From the NCBI GenBank assembly GCA_051313645.2, contig JBNRSN020000003.1:501456001-501520000 (forward strand): DNA of 64,000 nucleotides. The letters run 5' to 3'. Position numbers and translations under genes: made by a program. Source of the DNA: Centroscyllium fabricii (Eukaryota). The notes under the pieces were generated by a model. The model saw nothing but the letters and a program-made list of their open reading frames with translations, ran no database searches and had not been told where the DNA came from. Below, piece after piece: positions 46,441-60,298 of this stretch (positions within the stretch are counted from its first letter, which is position 1; each line of letters opens with the position of its first letter).

Positions 46441-49400
46441 CTTCCCCCCCCCCCCCCCGCCCCCCGCCACCTCCACTTTGTCCCACCCTTAGTGGCTGTG
46501 GGTTTCTGCAGTTACACCCCAGTGATCAGTGTCTGCATCCTGCTTTGGCCGTGATTGTGGGTTGTCCTCCTCCACCACAGCTGGGACTCTTTTTATATAG
46601 CAAAATTATGGAGCATGCAGCAGACGACAATTACTTTGGAAGCCCTAGGTGTGGGTAGGAGGCCTCACTGTATCTGCACTCTGCTTGGGTCTGGCAAAAA
46701 GGCATCAATAAGCATCATTTATTAATTTCTGATGATGACATTTTGATTGTTTTAAAGAAGCCAATGAACATTACACACAATGGTTTTTTTGTAATGATTG
46801 AACAGCATTTCTATAAATTTACTTTCTGCGGTTTATACCTGTAGTCATCTGGCAGTTTTAAACATGTTGAAACCTTACAGTAGACCTCTTTAGTATATTT
46901 AATTCAGAAGAAACCTTCATATTTTTTCAAGGAGCATTGAACTATGGGGGAAATTTATACTCTCCTACTTACACATTGCATATATAATTTTTATCATAAA
47001 AATGTTAGAGCCAACTGATCAATAGTTACGTTCCCACAGGGACTGTGTAAAGTCAAGCCAGAAACCTGTAGGAGGAGGCTAATTTAGAAATATTTTTGAT
47101 CAGGTGAATTTTATTCAGGAGAAACTGCCAGATTGCTACAAGTATAGACCACAGAAACGACATTTATAAAAAAGCACTGTTCAAACATACATAATGCACT
47201 GATTTCAGGTGATCAGGAAAGCAAATCATCCGGTGCAGGCCAGGACTTGAACCTGGGATCTCCTTAAAATCTGTGGTTCATTGCCACATCATGCATTGTA
47301 TTTAGCCACTTGAGTCAAGAATGACTTCCTCATCTATCGATATATTAAAATCAGTGCATATGTTGTGCGCTCCATTTCAAAGAGAGATAACCATCTCCTA
47401 TGGTTTTCCCAGTGTTAATATATCAGTAGTTAATCATCACCATTCCTGTCGTGCCTCGAGGTGTCTCTTTAATCAGATTTCCCATCGTTAAGTGAGCAGG
47501 TATTTAAGTCCCAGTCATGGCATTAGGTCCAGTTCTATTACTAAGGGGAGCTTCCAAAGCTATGGCTATGCATAGATAAGCCAGCATTATACAGCTTCAG
47601 AACCTCCACAGCCTCGGGGCACAGCCAGTATTTCAACCTAACTGCCTGGATAATGGTAAGTTTAGTACAATTACTGAATACGTTATTCTTTCCTCTTCTG
47701 GTTTCTCATTAAAAAAAATTTTTTGAATCTTCAATAACTTTTCTTGGCTTTCTCTTTAAAATAATTTATTGTCAAAATGTTCTAACCTGGACCTCAAGGG
47801 ACCCATCCTTCCCAGTGTTTGGCCTTACCTCACTGTATGTTTTTGACTTCCTGAACCTAAATGTCCTCATTTTCTGACACTCTTCCCTCCTGCCATTTCA
47901 CCCCTGTTGTGGTGTATGTCCACTTTAAGGGAAATGCCAGTTATAGTTATAGTACCGTTATCCACCACCAGAGTATAAAAGGCACTGTTGGCCAGACCTC
48001 CCCAGTTCATCCACCAGGGACTAAAGACCTTAGCCTGCAGACAGCAGTCCAGCGACCTGCAGAGCCCAAAGCTGGAAGAAATGGTTCCAGCATTCGGACG
48101 TCAACCAGCTCCCCACACCTACCCGAGGTTTGCATGTCAGACTTTCGTGGGGCCTTCAACAGAAGGTGGTGTGCGGTCGAGTGGGAATGCAACTGGAAGA
48201 AATACAGGTCAGGTAAACGATCTGCAATCGGGAGGGTGTAAACTCACCAGCGCAGTAGCGCTGAAGGAAGGCCAGATCCCTAAAGAAAAAACAAAAAGGG
48301 AATCTGCACAGCCAGCTGCAATCAAGCAACGAACAGCAGGGAAAGGCTGGGTGAAACGAAACGGACGCTGGCAGTCAGCCACAATGGGTGTGCCTGCACT
48401 GCGAGTCCTGCAGTGAGAGAGAGAGTGGGATTAAGCCAGGAAAACGGCAGAGAGCCAAAAAGGCGGGAAAAACGCCATCTTCACTGTAGCAGACAGGAAG
48501 AGGAGCACAAAAAGGTGGGAAAAACGCCATCTCTTTCTTGTGGAATTATATATGTTGCATCTAAAGCTTATTAAGATGCCCAAACACGGAAATATTACAA
48601 CCTTTGATGAAAATGTTGAAAACTGGGACACATATATCGATCGCTTCGAGATTTACTGTTCAGTAAATGACATGACAGATGAGAGAAAGGTTGCAGTACT
48701 TTTAAATGTTATGGGTGCCAGGACATTCGGGTTGTTAAGGAACCTCCTTCACCTGATAAACCAGCTGAATCAACGTTCCAGCAAATAACTGCTAAACTTA
48801 AGGAACATTTAAACCCAACTCCACTATTTCTCACGGAGAGGTACCGATTTTATCAAAGGGTCCAGCAGCCTGGTGAAACCATTACGGAATACCTTGCAGA
48901 ACCCAGGAAACTTGCAAAGCACTGCCAGTTTGCAAACTTTTTGGGTGAGGCCTTACGAGACAAGTTCGTGTGTGGGTTGCTCAGCGAAGGGCTGCAGCAA
49001 AAATTGTTCGCAGAAAAGGAGCTTTCTCTGGACAAAGCTTTTACGGTTGCCACATTGTGCGAAGCAGCACAAAAACAAAAGGGTGCTGCAACCATACAGC
49101 ACAAACCCCTAGAATTTGACACACACAAAATGCTAGTCAGAAAAGACAAGTGTTATCGTTGTGGAGGAACAACCCATGAACACAGAAACTGCTGGTTCAG
49201 GGACAAAGTTTGCAGAACATGTGTGAAAATGGACCCCATTGCAAGAGTCTGCAGGTCCGAAAAGAAACCACCAAAAGCACCCACGAAAACCAAGACTGCT
49301 GAAAGGAGGATCCACAGAGTTACAGAGAGCAGCACAGAAGACTGCGATAATGACACCGCACCAAAACTTCTGAGCTGCCTTAAATTACACTCCGTGAGTA

Positions 49401-51919
49401 AAGCACAGGACCACGATACTATGTGGACCACACTATCCATAGCTGGGGTCCAATTAAAAATGGAACTGGACACAGGGTCAGCCCTGACGGTAATCAACGA
49501 AAAGTCTTTCGCGCATGTGGCACTGCAAGAGACTAAAGTAATACTGAAAACCTATATGGAACAGAAAGTCTACCCAAAAGGAAGAATCAGAGTGACCATT
49601 ATATATAACGGTAAGAAGACCACAGGACTGTATTTGTACGTCTTACAGGAAGGTGGACCACCATTGCTCGGGCGTGAGTGGATTAGGAAACTCCAGTTTA
49701 ACTGGGCATCCATTCACGCACTAAAAGTTAAAGAAACACGTGACACAAGAATGGCACCGGACCGGTTGACCAGGATACTGGAAAGCACCCCTGAAGTCTT
49801 CCAACTGGGGCTGGGGAAATTGAACGACATCAAAGCGACCATCACAATCGCTGAAGGGGCCACACCAAAATGTTTTATCCGACCAGCAGTAGAAGCAGAG
49901 CTGGATAGCCTGGAACAACTGGGCGTGTTGACAAAAGTGGACTGGAGCGAATGGGCCACGCCCATTGTCCCAGTTATGAAGAAAGCCACTCACAGCACCC
50001 CAGGGGAGCCAAGGAAGGTTCGCATCTGTGGTGACTTCAAGGTCACAATTAACCCAGTGCTACAAACAGCACAGTATCTGCTGCCCAGGATAGACATCTT
50101 TGCCTCGTTAGCGGGCGGTAAAAAATTCTCAAAGATAGATCTCGCGCAGGCGTACCTGCAAATGGAGGTCGAGGAGGAGTCAAGGAGTCTCCTCACAATC
50201 AACACACACAGAGGCCTTTACAGGTACAACCGCCTGGTCTTTGGTGTGGTGTGCGCCCCGGCAATTTGGCAACGAACCATGGAGCAGGTCCTGCAGGGAA
50301 TCCCGGGGACACAGTGTTACCTGGATGACATCTTAGTCATGGGCAACAATGACACGGAACATCTCTCAACATGGGCAACAATGACACGGAACATCTCTCA
50401 AAATTGGAACAAGTGCTTCTCCGATTGCGAAAATATGGCCTCAGGGCCAATAATGATAAATGTGAGTTCTTCAGGGACCAGATAGCGTACTGTGGTCATA
50501 TCATTGACCAGGAGGGACTCCACAAATCCCCAGAGAAGATTGACACAGTTATGAACGCCCCGGCACCAGAAAATGTGTCTCAGCTACAGTCTTTCCTAGG
50601 ATTGATAAACTATTAGCACAAGTTCCTTCCGAACTTGTCCACCATTTTACACCCCATGAACACATTGCTAAAAACAGGGGTCACATGGGAATGGAACAAA
50701 GGGTGCAGGAAAGCCTTCCTGGAGAGCAAACGGTTGCTCACATCCAAGAAAGTGCTGGCACATTTCGACCCATCGGTGCCTATCAAACTGGCATGTGATG
50801 CGTCGCCATACGGAATAGGGATGGTGTTGTCACACCAGTTCTCAGGGGGGCAGACGGCCTATTGCATTCGCTTCGAGGTCATTAACCTCCGCCGAAAAGA
50901 ATTACGCCCAAATAGACAGAGAAGCCCTCAGTCTGGTATGGGGAGTTAAAAAATTCAACCACTACCTACACGGCCAGAGGTTCACATTAATTACGGACCA
51001 CCAACCACTAGTGTCCATTTTCAACCCTAAGAAGGGTGTCCCCCTGATGACTGCTCAGCGCCTGCAGAGATGGTCCTTGTTCCTGGGAGCTCACCAGTAT
51101 CAGATACAGTACAAGGGCACAAAACAGCATGCCAATGCTGACAGTCTCTCACGGCTGCCACTACCAACTGTGGGCAAAGACCCTACGATAGACCCGGTGG
51201 AGCTATATCATGCCTCCATCGTAAAAACACTGCCGGTGACAAACAAAAATATTGAGAAGGAAACCAGGAATGATCCTACATTGTCCAGAGCCTACGACAT
51301 GACGGTAAAGGGAAGGCCAGCCCAGGGCGATTCTCAATTGCCACACTACTCTGCAAGAAGGGAACAGTTGTCCACCTGCAGAGGCACCCTGATGTGTGGA
51401 TCCCGAGTGGTGATTCCAGTGAAACTGCAGAAACAGGTGCTAAAAGAACTCCACGAGGGACACATGGGGTGCGTCAAAATGAAAAGCCTGGCCAGGGCCT
51501 ATGTATGGTGGCCAGGCATCAATAACCAAATAGAGGAATTGACTAAGGACTGCCAAGGATGCCAATTAGTACAGAAGGCACCACCCCAGGCTCCACTACA
51601 TCCGTGGGAATGGCCCTCCACACCTTGGCAAAGGATTCATGTGGACTTCACGGGTCCATTCATGGATGCGATGTTCCTGGTCGTGGTGGATGTGGTAATA
51701 CAGAACAGCTTCTAGCTTGGAGTTTTTGCTTACATCACTTCTGGGGACCTGTGAACTTTGGATGATGTCACTTCCTGTAATTAGCCCAGTATAAATACTG
51801 GGCTACTCAGTATGATTTAGTAAGAGGCATGGTGCAGACCTCTTTTGTGTGTATCACAGTTATAAGTTGATTAAAGCTTACCTTAGGTTTATATCGTGTA
51901 AGTTTCATTCTTACAACAA

Positions 51920-51931
51920 TTTAATCAACTT
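51920..51931 (+). promoter_or_regulatory. Self-complementary PBS-position sequence (element F)
   Basis: TTTAATCAACTT is the reverse complement of AAGTTGATTAAA at 51864-51875 (ATTAAA hexamer). Confidence 0.8.
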
Positions 51932-53394
51932 TGCAAAACTTCTCACTCAACTCGAACGTTTGGACAAAACTCGGAGCTGAGGATCCAGGGAACCGCCCAG
52001 CATGGAGAACCTCCTTAGACCGACTCGTCTCGATTTGGACCCAAACACCTCAGCAGCTGATAAAGTATGGAAACACTGGTATCACTCTTTCGAAAATGTT
52101 CTTGTGTATTGTGAAGCTGATGATGACATGAAGCTCAAGTTACTTATCAACTATGTCACCCCAAGGGTATATGAATGTGTGGATCATTGGACTAATTTTG
52201 ATGAGGCAATCCGGACACTTCAGAGACTATATACTAAGACACCTAATGAGGTCTATGCTAGACATCTACTAGCTACAGCCCGACAAGGGCCAGAGGAATC
52301 AATTGATAAATTCCTTCATGAGCTTCGCAGGCTTAGCATGAATTGTAACTTTCAGGCGGCCTCAACTGAACTGTACCATGAAGAGCTGATTCGTGATGCC
52401 TTCATCTATGGGCTTGCCTCCCCATTTATTCGCCAGCGTTTACTCGAAAGTAAGACACTGGAACTACAAAAAGCTTATGACATGGCTTGTTCTCTGGATT
52501 TGGCAAAAAAAAATGCAGACCTTTATGAGGTACCCAGACCTCGAACTGCTGCTTTAACCACAACCAGACAACTTAAGCGGCCACAGGTGCACTCTATTAG
52601 GGAGGACTTTATTCCTGATGATCAATCTGATGACTTCAGTGATGAAGAAGATGCTGACCCCACTCTGGCAGCCTCTTGGCGATCTAAGAAATGCTTCTTT
52701 TGTGGTGATGAGTTTCATCCTAGGAAATTCTGCCCTGCTCGCAATGCGATTTGCAGTCATTGTGACAAAAAGGGTCATTTTGCGAAGGTTTGCCTATCAC
52801 GAGCCTCTACGAGGGCTTATCGAGCTCAGTCCTATCGAACTGCCCCAATTAGGGCCTATCAAGATATTCCGGCTAAGACTTATCATGCTTCCTCTCGAGG
52901 TTTTTCCCGAAGAAGCACACCTAGAGTTTCAGCCACTCTTTGTGCAACAACATCAATTACAGCTGCTTGTCCTCCAAATCTATTCCATGCAGCTGTGAAG
53001 GCATCAGTTGCTGGACATACTTTAGATGCCTTAATTGACTCAGGCAGCTCTGATAGTTTTATTAGGGAACAGGTTGTTACAAAGTTAAAGTTACATGTTT
53101 TCCCATCCAACCAGGCAATTGCGATGGCTCAGTCGTCGCTCAACACCAGAATCTCCGGCTTTTGTATTGTTGAAATGTCACTTAATGGCCACAGGTATCC
53201 CTCCACCCGGCTTTCGGTGCTCAAGGACCGGTGTAGTGATCTTATCTTAGGGCTGGACTTTCAAAAGCAGCATAAGCAGCTCACTATTGAGTTCGGTGGA
53301 TCCAAACCCGGACTCACTATTTCTAATATCCTGCCTCAATTACCGTTCTGTGCGTTGTCAGCGGCTTCACTGGATGAACCCTCACTATTTACCA

Positions 53395-53521
53395 TAATGC
53401 GGAGGTGCCGGTGTTGGACTGGGGTGGACAAATGCAAAAAGTCACACAACACCAGGTTTAAAGTCCAACGTTTTATTTTAAATCACAAGCTTTCGGAGCT
53501 TTTGCCCCTTCGTCAGGTGAA
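53395..53521 (-). mobile_element. Penelope-like pLTR fragment inserted in F pol
   Basis: 11-bp TSD ACTATTTACCA (53384-53394 / 53522-53532); homologous to 30680-30770. Confidence 0.85.
53483..53521 (-). ncRNA. Minimal type-I hammerhead ribozyme motif (Penelope type)
   Basis: UCAC-CUGACGA-A-GGGGC-AAAA-GCUCC-GAAA-GC-UU-GUGA: stem I, catalytic boxes, stem II, palindromic AGCU stem III and an NUH site. Confidence 0.75.
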
Positions 53522-56500
53522 ACTATTTACCAGTATTCCTCCTCGATGCAAACCAATTATAACGAAATCACGACGTTTCAGTCAGGAAGACCAGTCCTTT
53601 ATTGCGACTGAAATTTCTCGGCTTTTGGCAGAGGGTATCATCGAGCCTTGTTCATCGCCATGGCGGGCCCAAGTTGTTATTGTTAAGAACCCTCTACAGC
53701 CTCACAAGAAACGGCTGTGCATTGACTATTCACAGACCATCAATCAATATACGGACTTGGACGCCTACCCATTGCCGTGCATAGATGATATGGTTAATAG
53801 ATTGGCTGAGTACAGTGTTCTCAACGTATGATCTGAAAAGCGCCTATCATCAAGTACCTTTGAAAGTCTCAGACAAGCAGTATACGGCCTTTGAGGCCAA
53901 TGGACGGCTGTACCAGTTTCGTCGCCTCCCGTTTGGGGTCACTAATGGAGTGGCTGTCTTCCAGCAGGCAATGGATGACTTAGTCAAGCAGGAAAACTTA
54001 AAGGATACTTTTCCTTATCTAGACAATATTACTGTTGTAGGTCGTGATCAACAGGAACACGACGCCAATCTCCAACGATTTCGGGATGCACTCCAGCACC
54101 GTAATCTAACATTGAATGCGTCTAAATCCATTGAGTCGCAACCAACCATCAACATCCTTGGCTATTGTGTGGGCAATGGCATAATTAAACCGGACCCTGA
54201 AAGGCTTCGCCCGCTCCAAGAGCTCCCGCCGCCTAAGAATCCAGCCTCCTTGCGTCGGGCCCTCGGCCTCTTTGCGTATTATGCTAAATGGATTCCTAAC
54301 TTCTCGGACAGAATCCAACCTCTACTGAAGGCCAGAACATTTCCATTAGACACAGCGGCTGTTACAGCCTTTACTCTTCTAAAACAACAGTTGGAGAAAG
54401 CGGCCCTTCACTCTATTGATGAGAATCTGCCCTTCGTCGTCGAATGTGATGCCTCAGAAGTGGCGATCTCGGCTACTCTGAATCAGGAAGGTCGTCCGGT
54501 GGCATTTTTGTCCAGGACCTTTCAAGGTGCCGAACTACATTATCCTCCAGTGGAGAAAGAAGCTACAGCCATTATAGAGGCAGTACGGAAATGGAACCAT
54601 TTCCTAGCTCGGCAACACTTTACATTGATAACAGACCAGCGATCGGTCGCTTTTATGCTTGATAATCGGAAACGAACCAAAATTAAAAATAATAAGATCC
54701 AGCTTTGGCGGATGGAGTTGGCCTCTTTCGGTTACACCATCCACTACCGACCTGGCAAGGACAATGTGGCCCCGGATACCCTCACATGAGCATTCTGCTC
54801 CACCATGTCACCCTCTACTCTCGTGGACATCCATGATGGATTGTGTCATCCTGGCGTTACCCGCATGTTACACTTCGTGCGATCACGGAATCTCCCTTTT
54901 TCTACCGGGGATGTCAAGAAGATGTGCTCGGACTGCAGAGTCTGTGCAGAATTAAAGCCTCAGTTTTTCCGCCCCTCGGGTGGTACGCTCATACATGCGA
55001 CCCAGCCAATGCAACGGCTTAGCATTGATTTTAAGGGCCCGTTGCCCTCTTCAACTCGAAACACTTATCTACTGACCATGGTCGACGAATATTCCCGTTT
55101 TCCGTTTGCCTTTCCCTGCCCCAATATGCTGTCGTCCACGGTTATCAGCTGCCTTGAACAGGTATTTTCTTTCTGTGGCATGGCGTCTTACGTTCACTCG
55201 AATCGGGGTCCTTCCTTCATGTCAGGAGAACTCAAGGCCTATCTCTCGGATCGGGGCGTTGCTACCAGCAAAACGACACCTTATCATCCTGTCGGGAATG
55301 GGCAAATCGAACGGTATAATGGCATCATTTGGAATTCTGTACGTCTAGCTTTGAAATCTCGGGGCCTGCCCATCCAGCAATGGGAAGCAGTACTCCCAGA
55401 TGCATTGCATTCTACACGGTCCCTTCTTTCGACCGCCACGAATATGACTCCCCATGAACGATTCTTTCAATTCCAGCGTTGCTCATCCTGCGGGATCTCT
55501 CTTCCATCGTGGCTGACTACACCAGGACCGGTGTTACTCCGGAGACATGTCCGGGCGTCTAAGAATGACCCCCTTGTAGACGAGGTGGAACTGACTGATA
55601 TCAACCCGACCTATGCATATATCCGATATCCTGACGGTCGGGAATCCACTGTGTCGTTACGAGATCTGGCTCCCTGCCCGCCGAAACTTACTGGGACACC
55701 TGGGGATGGTGTTTTGCCAGGCGCATCTCTGTGCTCGCCAGGTACCCCTCACCAGGATCTGGATCTGACGCCGGCTGGTACTTCACTCCAGGATACAAAC
55801 CTGAGGCAGACCGACGATGAGCCCGTTGGGGCTCGCACACGCAGCCACGATCCACCCCATTCTACACGCCCGGGAACGAATCTGCCACAGACCTACTCAA
55901 CACCCGTTCGGGCTCAAACGCAAAGCCATGATCTCCCAGACCCTTCACAGGGCGGGCCAGACCACACGGACTCTGATCAATGGCCCACGGCATGTAAATG
56001 GGCTAGAGACCCTCTATCACCACGGGAACCCAAACGGGTGCGACTCTCCCTCATTCGACAGATGCGTAATGAAGGGGGGATTCCGGCCTCCTACTCTTTT
56101 GGGAGGGAGGCGGCCTCCTAATCTTTTGGGAGGGAAGAATGTGGTAATACAGAACAGCTTCTAGCTTGGAGTTTTTGCTTACATCACTTCTGGGGACCTA
56201 TGAACTTTGTATGATGTCACTTCCTGTAATTAGCCCAGTATAAATACTGGGCTACTCAGTATGATTTAGTAAGAGGCATGGTGAAGACCTCTTTTGTATG
56301 TATCACAGTTATAATTTGATTAAAGCTTACCTTAAGTTTATATCGTGTAAGTTTCATTCTTACAACAGTGGACGCACACTCCAAATGGTCAGAGGTCATC
56401 AAGATGTTGTCCACCACCTTGGAGAAAACTGTTGCGGTACTGAGGACCATCTTTGCCCACAATGGGGTACCAGAGCAGCTATGTTCCGATAACGGACCTC

Positions 56501-58134
56501 AATTTGTATCAAAAGTTCAACAACTTTCTGAAAATCAACGGAATCAAACATTATACGTCGGCGCCTTACCACCCCGCCAGAAATGGGTTGGCTGAATGGT
56601 TTGTACAAATCTTTAAAAAGTCGATGAAGCCCATGGTGCATGAAAAGGTGTCCCTTCAACACAAATTAGACAGCTTTCTATTCGCATACAGAAATGCCAC
56701 ACATTCTGTGACGAACCAGTCACCGGCTATTATGTTCTACAACTGCCGGTTGAGATCCTGGTTGGACTTGTTAAGAACCAACATAAGACGAGATGTGGAA
56801 GACAAAATCACACCCCTGCTCGACCAACCAGGAGTTTCCAGGTTGGACAACCCGTGTTAGCCCGTGACTACAGAACTCAAAAATGGCAATCCGGGACTAT
56901 CTCTGACAGACAAGGGCCATTAATGTACACCGTGGACACCGATGCGGGCATCATTTGGCGTCACACGGATCAGCTTGTTGGCTCCATGCAACCGGCAAGA
57001 ACCCTACCTCAGGTGCCCCCACGGTAGGAGTCACTGAACCCGCCATTAGACATCACACCATCTGACAATGAGGTTGACGCTGAGGCGGACATTCAAGACA
57101 AAACCCCAGCGACACCAACGCCTCCTCCACCGTCACCGCATGTTGCAGAACGAAGGTTCTCTAGGCGTGTTATTAGACCGCCTCAAAGACTGATCGAGCA
57201 GATCTAATCTATGTATATATACCAATGTTAATAGTTCCCCTTAGTTTTGTTTTGCTACAACATTGTAATGACTTGTAAAAATAGCTAAGTAATTTAAAGG
57301 GGAGGATTGTGGTGTATGTCCCCTTTAAGGGAAATGCTAGTTATAGTTGTAATACCGTTATCCACCACCAGAGTATAAAAGGCACTGTTGGCCAGACCTC
57401 CCCCGTTCATCCTCCAAGCATTGACCAGTAAACATCGTTTGGTTCTAACTCTGTCTCTGAGTGTTCTTTAAGTCTGCACACAACATCCAGACTTAACACC
57501 TGTCTCCCACTATTCTTCACATCATGCTTCCAGCTCCTGTTGTCGCTCCCCCCAGTCACTCCTGATCTGACTTTTGTCTTAACTTTTTAAGCCGAACTTA
57601 ATTTTTTTTTGAAGAAAATACAAATCTTCTTCGCTTTTTACCTTTATTTTGAAATACATTTTTCATTCAATTTTGACAGACTTTTTTCTTGCTTCCATTG
57701 CACGAATGATCGTTTAAATATTTTAATGTGTGAAATTTCATTAATTATCATTGCCATGTAATTAAATACGATAAATTATGATTTTAATATTTCACTGACT
57801 GAGATTGCATAAATAATGATCTCCAAATTTTTCATTTATTATGTATTATAGATGGCACCTTTCATTATTTATATCATTTTATAATGTTCCTAATTAAGTA
57901 AGTTGGTGTGCTTGGGATTGCAAGACAACAGGGGAGCACTGCCGGTGAGTAGCACCATGGTAACAGCAGACGGAACACAATGCGATAGATGGCAACAGCA
58001 CCACCAGCCCCAGCGCATGTCAGGTACATGCGAGTAGTGAGTGTATCCTCTGGCTCATGGGGAGTAGCGGCGACCTCGGGAACAGGCTGCCAGCTAGGGC
58101 AGTGCATGCTGATTCGCTGGAGTCCTTCAAGCAT

Positions 58135-58400
58135 GGGCGGCACGGTGGCACAGTGGTTAGAACTGTTGCCTCACAGCACTGGAGACCCGGGTTCAAATCC
58201 AGCCTCGGGTACTATCTGTGTGGAGTTTGCACATTCTCCCCGTGTCTGCGTGGGTTTCCTCCGGGTGCTCCGGTTTCCTCCCGCAGTCCAAAGATGTGCG
58301 GGTTAGGTTGATTGGCCATGATAAATTGACCCTTAGTGTTAGGGGGATTGAATATGTGGGGTTACGGGGATAGGGTGGGATGTGTGTCGGTGCAGGCTCG
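58135..58400 (+). mobile_element. tRNA-derived V-SINE (HE1-like)
   Basis: A box TGGCACAGTGG, B box GGTTCAAATCC, V-domain TGTGGAGTTTGCACATTCTCCCCGTGTCTGCGTGGGTTTCCTCCGGGTGCTCCGG. Confidence 0.9.
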
Positions 58401-58871
58401 CTAGGGATCGAGGGATATGGGGAGAGGGCAGGGGCGGGATACTGGGTTTGGATGATCAGCCATGATCTCATTGAATGGCGGAGCAGGCTTGAAGGGCCGA
58501 ATGGCCTACTCCTGCTCCTAGTTTCTATGTTTCTAAGAGTAAATTGAGCCTGTTCCTGGCTGGGTTGGAGATCACCTCTTACAGAAGGTAGGTTCTGCAG
58601 GAAATTCAGGGCCAGAGTGATTTCCTGGACGAGTTTCGATCGCCTAGATGGGTCAGAGAGGAATTTCCCAGATTTCTTTTCTCGCAAATTGGCCACTGGC
58701 TTTTTTAATTTGGTTTGTCGCCTCTCCCGGGAGATCACATGGGTTCGGGCGGGATGGAGAGTGAAAGTAGATTCGAGGTTAGGATCAGATCAGCCATGAT
58801 CTTGTTGAATGGCGGAGCAGGCTCGAGGGGCCGAATGGCCGACTCCTGTTCCTAGTTCTTATGTTCTTATG
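58401..58871 (+). mobile_element. CR1 3' ends (short tail to ~58535; long-UTR tail to ~58871)
   Basis: Two GATCAGCCATGATC...GGAGCAGG...CTCCTG tails with octamer repeats; the UTR matches 3720-3845. Confidence 0.8.
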
Positions 58872-59667
58872 CTCACACTGGACAACACCACAGGAGACGG
58901 ACGAGTAGGTTTGAATCCTACCCGAGGGCAATGTGACTGTGGAGGCCGTCAAGCTGGCCGTTTACCAACGTTGGTTTTGGGATTCTTAATTGCATGCAAG
59001 GCATAAGGAATGTAATTCTTTCAAATTCACAACTGAATGTTAGGAAACAAAAATTATTAAAAAAAACACCAAGGTTACAATATTCCTGTGTCTGGTCTAT
59101 TGTTTTAATAACGCCTCTTGTAAATTTAAGAATAGGCCTCTGGCAAGTGAAATAAATGGTCAGTTCAATCCTGCTAATGCCTGTGGGACTGTTCCTATGG
59201 AAATATCTCTCAAGACCAAAGCAACTCAATATTGGAGCAACTGACAGCACATTTGTCAAAATACTGGAGAATGTTACATGATTGATCCAGAAATGTATTA
59301 TCTGACAAACATCTTCCAATAATGAATGATGTAAGGTCACATTGAGTTGAACAGTAAAGTCACTAAGCAGCTGCCACCCAAACATGCTCATAAAACAACA
59401 TTTGTAACACTTTCTTGCATGTTTTATTGACGCCAATGTTCCTTTTGGTTAATCGTACTAACAAGATGCTAACAAACTATTTACACCCCAGGTTACAGCG
59501 CCTTATTTTTAAAGAACCAACCTGAAATCTCTAGACTTGAAAGTTAAATAAATTAATAAATAACGTTAAGTTGTATTTAAATTGTACTTTTGCACGTTGA
59601 TACGCCTCAAATGCTTCACAGAATGAGTTGGGTTTTATTGGAAGTGCGGACTGTTGATATGTTGGTA

Positions 59668-60298
59668 CAGGTACACTGTAGGGAATGGCAGTCCCCTACT
59701 CTTCGAAATCGATAATAACGTCGAGGGATGGGGAGCAAACGTAAACAGGTCTTTATTGGGTTCGATCCAGAAACGGCTGAGTTACAAAAGGTGCAAAAAT
59801 GCAAAGCATGATGGGGCTTTTGACGGACAGCCCGCAGGACCAATCAGGGACCAGAACTGTTGATCCAAGTAACCAATGGGGAAACAGGGGCATGGCCAAC
59901 TCTGGAATGGGGATTCTGACTCTTTGGGGAGATCAGGATGTCTCCCCCTCGTGGCTCTGCTACAACACAATCCTTTATCCAAAAACCTTGGGACTGGACG
60001 GTTCTCGGATTTTGGATATTTTTGAATTTTGGAATGGCTGCATTAACATTAATATTTCTGCAGCGAACCTTGTGAATATTCACAAAAAGTGGGATAAATA
60101 AAGACAAAAGCAGTTTATAAATACTCTAGTAAAGTTTATTTGTAAAAATATCGGAGATCAGCGGTCAGATACTGACGCCTCTCACCTGCGTGGTTCAAGC
60201 GTCGGTTGCGTCGGGTCATGTTTCGCGCGCAACTCGGGTCATTTGTAATTTCGGTTTTTGGAGGTTTTCGGAGTCGCGGATAAAGGATTGTGTACCTG
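59668..60298. mobile_element. Tc1/mariner (Tigger/pogo-like) MITE with its left TIR split by a solo LTR
   Basis: TA TSDs (59666-59667, 60299-60300); TIR CAGGTACAC|AATCCTTTATCC / GGATAAAGGATTGTGTACCTG. Confidence 0.85.
59677..59964 (-). mobile_element. Solo LTR related to element E (CsRn1-like)
   Basis: TG...CA ends, 288 bp, 4-bp TSD ACAC; shares GTCTTTATT, AACCAATGGGGA and GGATTCTGA blocks with the E LTRs. Confidence 0.85.

Larger units (their letters stand above)
52002..56121 (+). pseudogene. gag-pol of element F
   Basis: ORFs 52002-53831, 53785-54789 and 54805-56121; two CCHC knuckles, LIDSGS, FPYLDN, CDAS and integrase core; one frameshift and one TGA stop. Confidence 0.92.
51691..56367 (+). 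mobile_element. Gypsy element F (YLDN lineage, divergent from C/D)
   Basis: 228-bp LTRs 51691-51918 and 56140-56367 (about 6 mismatches); TSD GTGGA; duplicated PPT region at 56084-56139. Confidence 0.95.
48576..57206 (+). pseudogene. gag-pol of element G, heavily disrupted
   Basis: ORFs 48941-50485, 50371-50616, 50635-50949, 51011-51715 and 56368-56860; LDTGS protease; integrase ...FLVVVD|AHSKW split by F. Confidence 0.9.
47908..57498 (+). mobile_element. Gypsy element G (Mag-like), with truncated 5' LTR, hosting element F
   Basis: 3' LTR 57308-57498; 5' LTR matches only 47908-~48016; TSD CCTGT; PPT AAAGGGGAGGA; RICGDFKVTIN, YLDD and LACDASPYG motifs. Confidence 0.92.

Noticed and set aside
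47575-47662. Possible host exon ending at a GTAAGT donor
   Set aside because: No convincing polypyrimidine acceptor, nearby upstream stops in the candidate frames, and no recognisable protein.
58135-58210. tRNA gene
   Set aside because: The A/B boxes run directly into a V-domain and LINE-like tail, so this is a SINE head.
58918-59436. 172-aa minus-strand ORF in unique-looking sequence
   Set aside because: No recognisable domain or splice signals; the opposite strand has stops, so it is treated as a chance ORF.
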